In this document: in pieces, positions 37,646 to 47,127 of the stretch
Layout: the number at the start of each line of letters is the position of its first letter
Position numbering within the stretch: the first letter of the stretch is position 1
DNA from: Cyanophyceae cyanobacterium
GTDB lineage: Bacteria > Cyanobacteriota > Cyanobacteriia > Cyanobacteriales > JBHJGN01
Assembly (NCBI GenBank): GCA_050331735.1
Contig: JBHJGN010000077.1
Span: 5,062 to 69,061, forward strand
Direction: 5' to 3'
Length of the DNA stretch: 64,000 bases
The notes under the pieces: generated by a model
The model's input: only the letters and a program-made list of their open reading frames with translations
Databases searched by the model: none
What the model was told of the DNA's origin: nothing
Translations under genes and position numbers: made by a program

Positions 37646-39187
37646 TTAGCAGATATCTTCTGCTAGAATCTTGTCCAGACAGCGTTCTGCAAAGGCGGCG
37701 ATGGTCAGCGCCGGATTGCACGCGGCGGCTCCTCGGGGAATAAGAGCGCCATCTACGACGTACAGACCGGAATACCCGTGGACGCGACCGTAAAAATCGC
37801 AGGCTTTCCCCATCACTGCCCCGCCCAGAGGATGAGCCGTGACCCCACTATTGGCAGTCGTTTTGAGATTAGCTGACACCGTGGTGGCTTTTTCTGGAAA
37901 TCCATGCACGGGAGATTGATAGTGTCCCGAAAACTCCTGCATCGACTCTGGCGAAGGCTCCTGCTCTCGGGCCTCATCGAGGAGAGAGAGGGTGTAATTA
38001 ACCGTTTCTAGAAGCTTCTGAGCACCGGGCGTTTCCTGGGGCCAGTGGAGCTTTACCGAGTCTGTCGCCGCATCATAGCGGAACTCGCCCGTATCTTGAG
38101 GAATGCTCATTCCCAAGAAAGTCAGAGTTTGCTCTGGAGAATCCCATTCAGGGAATACAATAATCGTTTGCGGTCCGTGGGGGTTATCTTCGTGGCGAAT
38201 GGCAACCGAGGCGGGTCCGCCCTGACCGCCGTTGGTCGGCTTCCCAACGCTATGCACTGCAAAGGTATCGCCGTTATTGCCCCACTCCTTGCCAATGTAC
38301 TCGTTAAGTTGGGGAAGAGTCCCTGTGGCTTTGGCGCGAGTCAGGAGCTTTGCGGTTCCCATAGAGCCTGCCCCCATAAACAGATAAGAACAGAGGATTT
38401 CGCTCGCCTCCAGTACCTGACCAGACTCATCGATTTTATTGTAGGTGACGCGAAATCCGGCTTCGTCCTCATAGATGCCAGTGACGACATGCAGCGGACG
38501 CACATCCACAAACCCGGTTTCCTCCGCCTCTTTGAGATAGTTTTGATCCAGGCTATTTTTGCAGCCACTGTTAATGCCGTACCAAATTTCTCCCGCAATA
38601 GCGGCTGGTTTTTTCTCCCCACGAATTTCTTGGCGAATCACCTCCCAGTCACTGCCAATATTGAGGCGCATGGTCGGTAGGCTTGCTTTGTCTGCCTGTT
38701 CGAGGAAAACCTGCGACGAAAGATAGTAGTCGGTTTCTAAAACGTCATCCGGAATTGAATCTGCCTTGAGCTTCTCAATCACTCGCGGATAATAGACGGT
38801 ATCCATTTCTTCGTAGCTGATGGACTGGGGAAAGATTTTGGAGAAGCTGGCTTCGGTCGGCTGAAGCAGCACCGTGTTATAAACCAAAGACCCGCCGCCC
38901 ACGCCAGAAGCCGCCCATACGGTAATTCCGTCTTCTATCAGTTGCTCAACAATTCCGGTATAAACATCAATGGGTTCCGGGGTAAACAACACGGTTTTCT
39001 CGCTGAGCCAAGCGGCACGTCCATCCGGGTGACGATAGGTGGCAAAGGTATCTTGAGCTTCGGTAATGTTCCAGCGTCTGCCGCGCTCTAACACCACGGT
39101 TTCGATTCCCGCTTTGCCAAGCCGATAAGCAGCAATCGAGCCACCGAAACCGCTACCAATCGCTAGTGCTTTTACTTTTTCACTCAT
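37646..39187 (-). CDS. GMC-family FAD oxidoreductase, cholesterol-oxidase-like
   Basis: Start moved to ATG 39187 (MSEKVKALAIGSGFGGS). C-terminal HPLGGAVMGKACDFYGRVHGYSGLYVVDGALIP is collinear with cholesterol oxidase-type GMC enzymes. Confidence 0.75.
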   Translation of the reverse strand: MSEKVKALAIGSGFGGSIAAYRLGKAGIETVVLERGRRWNITEAQDTFATYRHPDGRAAWLSEKTVLFTPEPIDVYTGIVEQLIEDGITVWAASGVGGGSLVYNTVLLQPTEASFSKIFPQSISYEEMDTVYYPRVIEKLKADSIPDDVLETDYYLSSQVFLEQADKASLPTMRLNIGSDWEVIRQEIRGEKKPAAIAGEIWYGINSGCKNSLDQNYLKEAEETGFVDVRPLHVVTGIYEDEAGFRVTYNKIDESGQVLEASEILCSYLFMGAGSMGTAKLLTRAKATGTLPQLNEYIGKEWGNNGDTFAVHSVGKPTNGGQGGPASVAIRHEDNPHGPQTIIVFPEWDSPEQTLTFLGMSIPQDTGEFRYDAATDSVKLHWPQETPGAQKLLETVNYTLSLLDEAREQEPSPESMQEFSGHYQSPVHGFPEKATTVSANLKTTANSGVTAHPLGGAVMGKACDFYGRVHGYSGLYVVDGALIPRGAAACNPALTIAAFAERCLDKILAEDIC

Positions 39188-39261
39188 GCTTTTCAATCTC
39201 AATTTAATTGATGTCCTCAGCTAACGAGCTGAGCAAAACTGCTAGTGATGTCTCTACAGGC

Positions 39262-39876
39262 TCACTGATGTTCAATTTCTTTGATAAAAATCTCCATAAA
39301 CCGCTCGGTCACGGCAGGGTGTTTACCAGAAATGAGATCGCCATCAACGTAAATATCAACGGTTCCTTCGTCGCCGAAGATAATTTCTGCCCCAGCGTTG
39401 GCAACATCGCAGATAATATTGTGGGCGCAGGTGACTTTTCTGCCCTGAAGCAGCTTCTGATCTGCACAGAGTAACCAGAGGCTGTGACAAATGGTTCCCA
39501 CCTTGATGCCTGGGGTCTTCATTACTTGGCGCAGGAATTCCACTGCCGGAGCCTGATTGGGTTGTCCAGGTTGAGGTTTGGGCTGGTAGCGGAGGCGATC
39601 GCTAGCATAAGCGCCAATGCAGATAAATCCCTGATATTCAGTTAGCTCAACATCTTTAAAATCCTTAGTAACGGTAACGTGTTCCTCAACAGTTCCGTTA
39701 TCAGGGTTACTGCCAAACTTAAGTTCAGAATTACCCCATAGGTAAGAAATATACTCAACTTCATAGCCTCGCTGAGGAAAATATTCGTTAAACAAACGGA
39801 ATTCTGTCGGATCAAAATGATCTTCAATCAGAACCCCGATTTTTCCTGCGGCTGCTCCGCTCGGCGTTATTTTCAT
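39262..39876 (-). CDS. DJ-1/PfpI (class I glutamine amidotransferase-like) family protein
   Basis: GVLIEDHFDPTEF, a nucleophile-elbow-like ICHSLWLL, and a size of 204 aa. Confidence 0.65.
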   Translation of the reverse strand: MKITPSGAAAGKIGVLIEDHFDPTEFRLFNEYFPQRGYEVEYISYLWGNSELKFGSNPDNGTVEEHVTVTKDFKDVELTEYQGFICIGAYASDRLRYQPKPQPGQPNQAPAVEFLRQVMKTPGIKVGTICHSLWLLCADQKLLQGRKVTCAHNIICDVANAGAEIIFGDEGTVDIYVDGDLISGKHPAVTERFMEIFIKEIEHQ

Positions 39877-39985
39877 GATTTTATTTTCAGTTAGTTATCT
39901 AAACTCTTTAAGCGCCAGCCTTTAAAATACAAGCCTAATCACTTTGACTTATTTATTGTTTAAAAATTCTTTTGACATTATTGTG

Positions 39986-40009
39986 TCTACAAACGATGCT
40001 GTGGGTAGA
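39986..40009. promoter_or_regulatory. Shared promoter-region motif, copy 1 (TCTAC-N14-GTAGA within ATTATTGTGTCTACAAACGAT)
   Basis: Upstream of the DJ-1/GMC genes. About 80% identical over ~35 nt to 40760-40795. Confidence 0.3.
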
Positions 40010-40117
40010 TTAATGCTTTTTTCTAGCTGATAATATATTTTGTCGATTATTATATCTCTATCCCTTTAAATTCTTGATGGACAAGCTAACTAAAATTACT
40101 CAAAGCCGGCAATCAAC

Positions 40118-40720
40118 TTAAGTTTTTATCAGCTTCAATAAATTATCGGGAGCAAAAACATCGCGGTAGAACGTCAGTTGTTCGCTCTTGAAATAGCAGC
40201 CGCCTCGATGTCCACGTCGTACCCAGCAAACGCTTCCTTTAGCCAGAGTTTCGTTGGTTTCATCATCAAAACAGTTCCACTCAAAATGAACAAACTCTCC
40301 CCAAAACATCACAATAGGCCAACACATTGTGACACCAGGTTGAGCAATTAACGCCCACCAATGTTTTTCTCGCGGCTTTTGCTCTTCTAAACCGTAGTAG
40401 GGACCGTCCTGACAGAAATAAACAAGGTCATTGCGATATTCAAGCGTTAAAATATCTCCTCTACCTTGCCTCAGTGCCTCGCAATGAGTCGGCCACCACT
40501 CTTTGTTCTCTTTTTCAATTTGGGTCAGAGGATAATTACGATCGATAGCAGGAAGCGTAGAGTCTTTAAGTTGAACAAATGTTTCAGCCTTTTCGATCAG
40601 AGTCTGCTGCATCTCTTGAGAAACTAGACCAGGCTTAGAATAGTTGGCAGCTAAATCTTGATAATAGTTGTTTCGCTTTTTCATCTGTGCCACCTTTTTT
40701 GCTGACAATAGTTTAGCCAC
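40118..40720 (-). CDS. Hypothetical protein (possibly NTF2/SnoaL-like fold)
   Basis: 200-aa ORF with coding-like composition. Trp/Cys-rich C-terminal half. The fold guess is weak. Confidence 0.4.
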   Translation of the reverse strand: MAKLLSAKKVAQMKKRNNYYQDLAANYSKPGLVSQEMQQTLIEKAETFVQLKDSTLPAIDRNYPLTQIEKENKEWWPTHCEALRQGRGDILTLEYRNDLVYFCQDGPYYGLEEQKPREKHWWALIAQPGVTMCWPIVMFWGEFVHFEWNCFDDETNETLAKGSVCWVRRGHRGGCYFKSEQLTFYRDVFAPDNLLKLIKT

Positions 40721-40769
40721 AGCTACGACTGTGCGACATCGGTGAAGACATGCAAAGAATATTGTTTTG

Positions 40770-40793
40770 TCTACAAATAATCAGTAGATCTAC
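40770..40793. promoter_or_regulatory. Shared promoter-region motif, copy 2 (TCTAC-N9-GTAGATCTAC)
   Basis: Lies in the divergent region between the hypothetical gene and the ABM gene. Includes the perfect palindrome GTAGATCTAC. Confidence 0.3.
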
Positions 40794-40969
40794 TAATTCT
40801 TAAGAAAAAATACTGTGGAAATTACTGGTTTCTTCTGCTGTTTTCGTTTTTAGTAATCTTTACTTAAAAAGTCTGTGCAACAACGCTCGCTCACACCTAG
40901 AAAAAAGACTAGGATCACCTACAGCAAAACAGTGATAGGATGCTGCCTGTAGAGTTCAGTTAACTACAG

Positions 40970-41608
40970 ATGCCGACAGTCGCTACTAACAATGACGTTG
41001 TTACAGTCATCATCATTTTTGCCGTTGAACCTCAGCGCCAGCAGGAACTCATCGACACCATTAAGGAATTTTTGGCAACGGTTAAGCAACAGCCCGGTTT
41101 TGTCTCTGCTAGCTTGCACAAAAGCATCGATGGCCAAAAAGTGGCTAACTACGCCCAGTGGCAAAGCCAGAAAGACTATCTAGCTTTTATCAATAACTCT
41201 GAGGTACAGGCGCAGGGGAAAAAACTCGGAGAATTTGGTTCGCCTGACTCTCATCTCTACCAAGTTGTCGTTTCTGAATCGAAAGCAGGCACTCCTAAAA
41301 TTACTCAGGGAGGCTACATTACCCACTTTGCTGAGTTTCGGATGTCGCCAGAAAATCAGCCTCGCATGGTGGAATTAGCGCGCATACACGTTGGTAAAGC
41401 GATGGAACTGCCGGGGCTTGTCTCAGCTAACTTTCACCGTAGCCTCGACGGAACTCGCGTGATTAACTACGGACAGTGGGAAAATGCCAACGCCATCGAA
41501 GAACTTCGCCAGCAGCCCGGTTTTGGTTCAGAAGCTCCCTATTGGGAAGGAATCGCCGAAAATGAATTTCATCTCTATGAGGTGGTGCACACTGAACCTG
41601 CGGATTAA
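40970..41608 (+). CDS. Tandem ABM (antibiotic biosynthesis monooxygenase-like) domain protein
   Basis: Two ~100-aa repeats, each with the ferredoxin-like ABM pattern (VTVIIIFAVEP...PGFVSASLHKSIDGQKVANYAQWQS, and ITHFAEFRM...PGLVSANFHRSLDGTRVINYGQWEN). Confidence 0.75.
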   Translation: MPTVATNNDVVTVIIIFAVEPQRQQELIDTIKEFLATVKQQPGFVSASLHKSIDGQKVANYAQWQSQKDYLAFINNSEVQAQGKKLGEFGSPDSHLYQVVVSESKAGTPKITQGGYITHFAEFRMSPENQPRMVELARIHVGKAMELPGLVSANFHRSLDGTRVINYGQWENANAIEELRQQPGFGSEAPYWEGIAENEFHLYEVVHTEPAD

Positions 41609-41619
41609 GCTATACCTCC

Positions 41620-42261
41620 TTAAAGGCTGTTCGGATCGATGCCCAGTTCTCTGAGCTTTTCCGCTAACCTCTGCGCTCTTTGTGCTTCTTCTTCGTGGGA
41701 TAGAAGAATCTTATCTGTGGCTGAGTCGTAAAATCTTAGCTCATCGCGAAGCTGTAACTCTAGCCCTAGCACGTCGCTCTTTAGAGAAGCTTCATCGGGA
41801 GAAATTGGCTCCATCTGCTGATAACTTCCCTTAACCAACCGTAAGCCCTGAAGCCTTGGTTTCAGGTAATCTCCAGTCGGATCGTATTGAAAGTACTCTT
41901 GCACACCCAAAGCAGCGTATAAATTCGGCTTGGCGTTTTGATCTTCTTTCTTTGTACTTTTAGAAGTAATTTCTAAAACAAAATCTGGTGTTTTTCCTTC
42001 TTCCCACACTTTATAGGAACGGCGATTTTGCTTATTTATGCCAAGAACAACAAATACATCCGGTGCGACTACGGCAGCAGGATTTCCCTGTTCGTAATAG
42101 ATAAACAAATTTCCAGAAACATAAACATCCTGCCGATTCTGAAAATAAATTCTTAAGACTTTAACAGCATAAATCAAAGAGTCTCGCGTTTGATCGCTTT
42201 CTGCCATTGGCTTTCCGTCTGAATCTGGATATTCAATTTCCGTAAGTTCAGTTGAAGCCAT
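41620..42261 (-). CDS. Uma2-family (DUF820) endonuclease-fold protein
   Basis: YPDSDGKPMAES, YVSGNLFIYYEQG, PDVFVV, PDFVLEITSKST and EYFQYDP are hallmarks of the abundant cyanobacterial Uma2 family. Confidence 0.85.
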   Translation of the reverse strand: MASTELTEIEYPDSDGKPMAESDQTRDSLIYAVKVLRIYFQNRQDVYVSGNLFIYYEQGNPAAVVAPDVFVVLGINKQNRRSYKVWEEGKTPDFVLEITSKSTKKEDQNAKPNLYAALGVQEYFQYDPTGDYLKPRLQGLRLVKGSYQQMEPISPDEASLKSDVLGLELQLRDELRFYDSATDKILLSHEEEAQRAQRLAEKLRELGIDPNSL

Positions 42262-42391
42262 GCTCGCCGCCTCCGATTTGACTTAAATTGATACTAGCAT
42301 TCCCAGAGATATCCAAGATACAGTAACGGTTTTCGGCTAACAAACTAGTAAATTTGTCAATCAGTAAATAAACTTATAATTCTGAAGAGAA

Positions 42392-43975
42392 ATGGCAAAC
42401 ATTGTTAAACAGCCGTGTGATGAAGGAGTTATTCACTCCAAGTCCTGTACCTCTCCTTGTCAAAAGAATGCCAGAGTTTGGGTGCTGGTGGCGACGATTC
42501 TTGGCTCTAGCATGGCGTTTATTAGCAGTACGGTGGTGAATGTGGCACTGCCTACTCTTCAGGAGCAGCTTGGCGCGACGGTGGCTGGTGCTCAGTGGGT
42601 AGTAGAATCCTACGCGCTATTTGTGGCGGCTTTGATGCTGGTAGGCGGCTCGCTAGGCGATCGCCTGGGACGCCGACGCATCTATGCGCTCGGCATCGGT
42701 ATCTTTGCCCTGGCTTCGGTGTGGTGCGGACTGGCTCCCGATATTACTCAGCTCATCGTAGCGCGGGGAGTCCAGGGAGTTGGCGGTGCGCTGCTCATTC
42801 CCGGGAGTTTAGCGATTATCAGTGCTGCTTTTACCAGCGAGCAGCGCGGCGGGGCGATTGGCCTGTGGTCAGGCTTTACCGCGATTACTTCGGCGGTGGG
42901 TCCGGTGTTGGGAGGCTGGCTGATCGAAAATTTCTCCTGGCGCTGGGTGTTTTGGATGAATATTCCGTTAGCCCTCATCGTCCTAGCCGTAAGTTACTGG
43001 CGCGTTCCCGAGAGCCGAGATGAGGAAGCGACAGCTCGCCTCGACTGGCAGGGAACGCTCCTTGCCGTGTTGGGATTGGGAGGCGTGGTCTTTGGACTGC
43101 TAGAGTCTGCGAGTTTAGGATTGAGTCATCCTGTTGTTTTGGGAGCGATCGCCTTTGGAGTGATAGTGTTGGCCGGGTTTGTGTTTGTAGAGGCCCGCAG
43201 TGCTTCCCCCATTATGCCCCTCAACCTGTTTCGCTCCCGAACCTTCAGCGGTGCTAATTTACTAACGCTGCTGCTGTATGCAGCTTTAGGCGGAGTCTTA
43301 TTCTTTCTGCCGTTTAACCTCATTCAGGTCCAGGGGTACTCGCCCACGGCAGCCGGAGCCGCGCTGGTGCCGTTCCCCATTATCATGTTTTTCCTCAGTC
43401 GCTGGTCTGGAGGCTTGGTCAGTCACTACGGAGCTAAGCTACCGCTTATTGTTGGTCCCACGGTAGCAGCGGCGGGATTTGGGTTAATGGCCCTTCCTGG
43501 CGTTGGTGGCAGCTACTGGACCACCTTTTTTCCCGCCGTTGTGGTGCTGGGGTTAGGAATGGCGGTATGTGTCGCCCCGCTAACAACGGCAGTAATGGAT
43601 GCGGTGATGGTGCGCTATTCAGGAGTCGCCTCGGGCATCAATAATGCTGTCTCTCGCATTGCCAGCTTACTGGCGATCGCCCTTTTGGGTATTGTCGTGC
43701 TCAGCACCTTTAACGGCAGCCTCGACCAGCGCCTTGCCCCGCTCAATCTTTCTAGCGAAGCTCAGCAGTTTCTCAACGAACAGCGCATCAACCTCGCCGC
43801 CGCCGCAGTGCCTCCGGGATCGAGCGATGAAGTCGCGGCAACAGTGAGAGAGGCGATCGCCTGGGCTTATGTAGATGGCTTTCGCGTGGTCATGTTTATT
43901 GCCGTTGGCTTGGCGCTCCTCAGCGCGATCGTCGCCGCGACGATGATTAAAAGTCAAAAGAAACAAAGGGCTTGA
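42392..43975 (+). CDS. MFS transporter, DHA2 (EmrB/QacA, 14-TM) type
   Basis: VNVALPTLQEQLG, GGSLGDRLGRRRIY and LIVARGVQGVGGALLIPGSLAII, with about 14 hydrophobic segments. Confidence 0.85.
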   Translation: MANIVKQPCDEGVIHSKSCTSPCQKNARVWVLVATILGSSMAFISSTVVNVALPTLQEQLGATVAGAQWVVESYALFVAALMLVGGSLGDRLGRRRIYALGIGIFALASVWCGLAPDITQLIVARGVQGVGGALLIPGSLAIISAAFTSEQRGGAIGLWSGFTAITSAVGPVLGGWLIENFSWRWVFWMNIPLALIVLAVSYWRVPESRDEEATARLDWQGTLLAVLGLGGVVFGLLESASLGLSHPVVLGAIAFGVIVLAGFVFVEARSASPIMPLNLFRSRTFSGANLLTLLLYAALGGVLFFLPFNLIQVQGYSPTAAGAALVPFPIIMFFLSRWSGGLVSHYGAKLPLIVGPTVAAAGFGLMALPGVGGSYWTTFFPAVVVLGLGMAVCVAPLTTAVMDAVMVRYSGVASGINNAVSRIASLLAIALLGIVVLSTFNGSLDQRLAPLNLSSEAQQFLNEQRINLAAAAVPPGSSDEVAATVREAIAWAYVDGFRVVMFIAVGLALLSAIVAATMIKSQKKQRA

Positions 43976-43990
43976 GTCGATTCATGCCTT

Positions 43991-44147
43991 CTTATACCAT
44001 TGACCGAAAGGAGTGAGATAGTTCTCCTAACTAACAAAGAGTTGGCTCTTAAAAGGGAAAGGCTGGCTGTGTTTACCTTTCCCCCTTACCCTTTCCCCTT
44101 TTTCCCAACGGATCAAGTCTCTCATGTCTTTTTCTAATTGGTATTAG
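43991..44147. mobile_element. MITE-like element, copy B
   Basis: CTTATACCATTGACCGAAAGGAGT ... TCTTTTTCTAATTGGTATTAG. Collinear with copy A. Confidence 0.75.
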
Positions 44148-44196
44148 CTTGTGATTGATCATCTGGTAATTTTTAAACTTCGTGTAACCCTGCCGA

Positions 44197-44360
44197 CTTA
44201 TACCATTTATCAAAAGTAGTCAGAGAGTTCCCCAAACTATCAAAGAGTTGGAAGTTAACTGGGAAAAACTGGTGCCCTTTTCCCCTTCCCCTTGACCCGT
44301 TCCGATAGGAACTATTTTCCCCAACCAACCAATCTCATTACTTTTTCTAATTGGTATTAG
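44197..44360. mobile_element. MITE-like element, copy C
   Basis: CTTATACCATTTATCAAAAGTAGT ... ATTACTTTTTCTAATTGGTATTAG. In tandem with copy B, separated by 49 bp. Confidence 0.75.
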
Positions 44361-44427
44361 ATATATCCTTTAATCCTGTCTGCCTGACACATCTTTTACT
44401 CTCGCCCCACCTATAGGCTTCATCCGC

Positions 44428-44940
44428 CTAGGAAGAAAGGTGAGTTTCTAGATGAAGTATGGCGATCTCAAAACCCATTGCACGATAGGCAGCGAGCGCG
44501 TCCTTGTTGGTGGCGAGCACCATTAAGTTGATGCGAGAGATACCACGCTGACGGGCGAAGCGGCGGACCGCCTCGACCAGAGATCGCCCGACACCAGCAC
44601 TGCGTGCTGTCTTCGTTACCGTAAGGTCTTGCAGGTAAATCTGCTCTGGTGGGTCATCCAGAATGTCCTCCTCCGCCACGCAAAAGGCAAACCCAACGAT
44701 GGTGTCGTCTTTTTCTGCAACGAAGAGGGACGCATCGCAGTCTGGGTCAGCAAGTTGCTCCTCAAATTCCCGGATATAGGCATTGCTAACGTCGGGTTTT
44801 GCTGAGCGGCTCACCCGCAGAGGTCGCTCATAGGCTTGAAGCTCTTCGTGCAGTGCCAGAACTGCTGGGCGATCAGGTGGCTCATAGATTCGGATAAGCA
44901 CTTCGCCCGACCTGCGCTTTCCTTCTTCAAACTGTTCCAT
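44428..44940 (-). CDS. GNAT-family N-acetyltransferase
   Basis: 170 aa. Acetyl-CoA motif A: LTVTKTARSAGVGRSLVEAV. Confidence 0.75.
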   Translation of the reverse strand: MEQFEEGKRRSGEVLIRIYEPPDRPAVLALHEELQAYERPLRVSRSAKPDVSNAYIREFEEQLADPDCDASLFVAEKDDTIVGFAFCVAEEDILDDPPEQIYLQDLTVTKTARSAGVGRSLVEAVRRFARQRGISRINLMVLATNKDALAAYRAMGFEIAILHLETHLSS

Positions 44941-44971
44941 ACTTAAGTGCCTGACACCTCTTTTTTATGAA

Positions 44972-45265
44972 CTACCAGTCATTGCTACCTTGGCGCTTCC
45001 GCCCCTTCCGTCGCCTGTTGCTACCGGGAGGCGTACGGTGAGCCCCAAAATACTTCTCACTGCGATAGCGCAACCAAACTCTCAGCACTTGAGGAATTTT
45101 TTCTTTCTGCTCCTTGGTCAACGTATTGTATAGCTGTAGCGCTCGTTCTCTTTCCCGGCGGCAGGCAGCATTATTATGAGCATCCCAGTAGCTCCGCGCT
45201 ACCCGAATCCGGCGACAAACTTCTTTAACGAGGGCTTCTCCGGTTAGCGCATCGGGATCGACCAT
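44972..45265 (-). CDS. Hypothetical small protein with strongly basic C-terminal tail
   Basis: 97-aa ORF ending 31 nt upstream of the GNAT gene. The tail is GSNRRRKGRKRQGSNDW. No family recognised. Confidence 0.4.
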   Translation of the reverse strand: MVDPDALTGEALVKEVCRRIRVARSYWDAHNNAACRRERERALQLYNTLTKEQKEKIPQVLRVWLRYRSEKYFGAHRTPPGSNRRRKGRKRQGSNDW

Positions 45266-45344
45266 GAATCAGTACCGTTTTTCTTCACCTTAGCATTCAC
45301 TTCAACAGAGACTAAACTATCCTCTCAAAGCGATCGCAATTGCC

Positions 45345-45827
45345 GTGAAACTGACATTTCAACCCTTTGAAAAAGAGTACGCCCTGGCAATTCTTCAGTG
45401 GCGCTACCCTGCCCCCTATGATTGCTACAACTTCAACGCTAGTACTTTTCAGGAGGATTTGAGCTATCTGCTTAACGAGCAAAACGCCTTTTTTGCTATT
45501 TTGAACCAACAGGGAGAACTTGAAGGCTATTGCTCTTTTGGAGCGGATGCTCAAGTACCAGGAGGTTACTACAGGGCTGAAGCTCTAGATATTGGGTTGG
45601 GGATCAGACCAGATTTAGTAGGTCGAGGGTATGGCAAACAGTATGCTCGGACGGTGACAGAGTATGGATCTATTCGATATCGCTCAAAGCAGTTACGGGT
45701 AACAATCGCAGAATTTAATCGGCGAGCACAGCGAGTCTGGCAGCAGCTAGGTTTTGAGCAGGTGGAGAAGTTTGTCAAAATCGGGACGGAAGAAGAATTT
45801 GTGGTCATGCTCAAGGCAGAAGCCTAG
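45345..45827 (+). CDS. GNAT-family N-acetyltransferase
   Basis: 160 aa. GIRPDLVGRGYGKQYA motif A-like segment, with beta-strand/helix alternation typical of GNAT. Confidence 0.65.
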   Translation: MKLTFQPFEKEYALAILQWRYPAPYDCYNFNASTFQEDLSYLLNEQNAFFAILNQQGELEGYCSFGADAQVPGGYYRAEALDIGLGIRPDLVGRGYGKQYARTVTEYGSIRYRSKQLRVTIAEFNRRAQRVWQQLGFEQVEKFVKIGTEEEFVVMLKAEA

Positions 45828-45903
45828 GCAACAGCAAAAAGGACAAGACGCTTAAATCATTTTCCTCTGTTGACTGATACTGATAACTGAATCTACTTAT
45901 TTT

Positions 45904-47127
45904 TTAATCAAAGGAAATCAGTTGCTCAGAATCTGCTCTCCCGTAAGAAACCGTATCGACGACTTCTCCTTGAGGACTAATCAACTCAACGGTATCGCCA
46001 TCGTTATTAAGCGCCATGTCCTGTCCCTCACGGAGGAGCTGCCGCTGCTCTCCTGGCTGTAGGGTTCCTAGTAGATCTAATTGCCAAGTTAGTCCAGTGC
46101 GATCGCGCAGTTGCCATCCTGCTAGGTTAACCGCCTCCTGGCTGTTATTAACAAGAGTGGCGGCTTCGCGCAAAGATTCGTCTCCCTCTGGGTTGGGCAG
46201 CAGGGCAGCGATGCCGATATTGGGGGTAGCGTCAGCACCCCCGTTAGCAGTGCTGCTGACAACATCAACCTGAATTTGCGCAGCAACCGGATAATGGTCC
46301 GAGTATCCTCGTTCTTCTTTCTCACAAACGGGTTGCTCTTGAAACAAAATTTGTGACTCTGCCCGCCACTGCTTGGCCTCTCCCGCCAGAAACACAAAGT
46401 CTAGGATGCTGTCGAACCGCGAGTCGCACTGAGTTCCCGTTGGGGGACAAGTACCGCTGCTCAAACACGGTGGTTTTAGCCAAGTAAACGTATCGTCCTG
46501 GGTAAAAATTCGGTACGCCTCATTTCCCTCTTGGGTTTGAATAGAAACGTCAAAGTTGTAGTCACCAGCAGCAATCACGGGCAGAGTTTGCTCTCGCGCC
46601 CAATTACGCAGGTTCTCGGCCTGTCGCTGTCGCTTCTGTTCGTCGCCCCGGTTAAAGTGATTAACGGTAAACAGAAATTCCTGTTTGTTAGGTAAAAATT
46701 CAAAGCGCCCGACTAACGGGGAACGAGTGCCGCCGAAGCCAGAGAGTTCTTCACTCTCAATGAGCCGGAGGCGCTGCGGGTTAAACAGAATTTGTAGGCG
46801 ATCGCTCCCTCCAGTTTCACTTATCCTCGATTCATAGTTGACTCCACTACGGGAAATAGCCTCCTGAAAGACCTGTGCATCTTCGTCACCTCTTACTTCC
46901 GATAACCCCCAGAGATCGGCTGGTTCAATCTGTTGAATATCTTCAGCAACTTGTTGCGGATTGGTATCGTTGATATCGTCGGATTCAACGTTATAGCTAA
47001 TAATCGTGAGCACATCAGTTGGTTGTGCCCAAACTGGCAGAGGCAAATTGAAGCTCACAACCAAAAAGCAAGCCATTGCTAGCACAAAGCGTTTCCAGAC
47101 CATGATTAATCCTGATACAGTCATCAA
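45904..47127 (-). CDS. Secreted endonuclease/exonuclease/phosphatase (EEP) family protein with C-terminal lamin-tail domain
   Basis: Signal peptide. EEP motifs TIISYNVE, GDYNFD and SDHYPV. The C-terminal LLPNPEGDE...VNLAGWQL...LNNDGDTVELISPQGEVVDTVSY is an LTD pattern. Confidence 0.75.
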   Translation of the reverse strand: MMTVSGLIMVWKRFVLAMACFLVVSFNLPLPVWAQPTDVLTIISYNVESDDINDTNPQQVAEDIQQIEPADLWGLSEVRGDEDAQVFQEAISRSGVNYESRISETGGSDRLQILFNPQRLRLIESEELSGFGGTRSPLVGRFEFLPNKQEFLFTVNHFNRGDEQKRQRQAENLRNWAREQTLPVIAAGDYNFDVSIQTQEGNEAYRIFTQDDTFTWLKPPCLSSGTCPPTGTQCDSRFDSILDFVFLAGEAKQWRAESQILFQEQPVCEKEERGYSDHYPVAAQIQVDVVSSTANGGADATPNIGIAALLPNPEGDESLREAATLVNNSQEAVNLAGWQLRDRTGLTWQLDLLGTLQPGEQRQLLREGQDMALNNDGDTVELISPQGEVVDTVSYGRADSEQLISFD

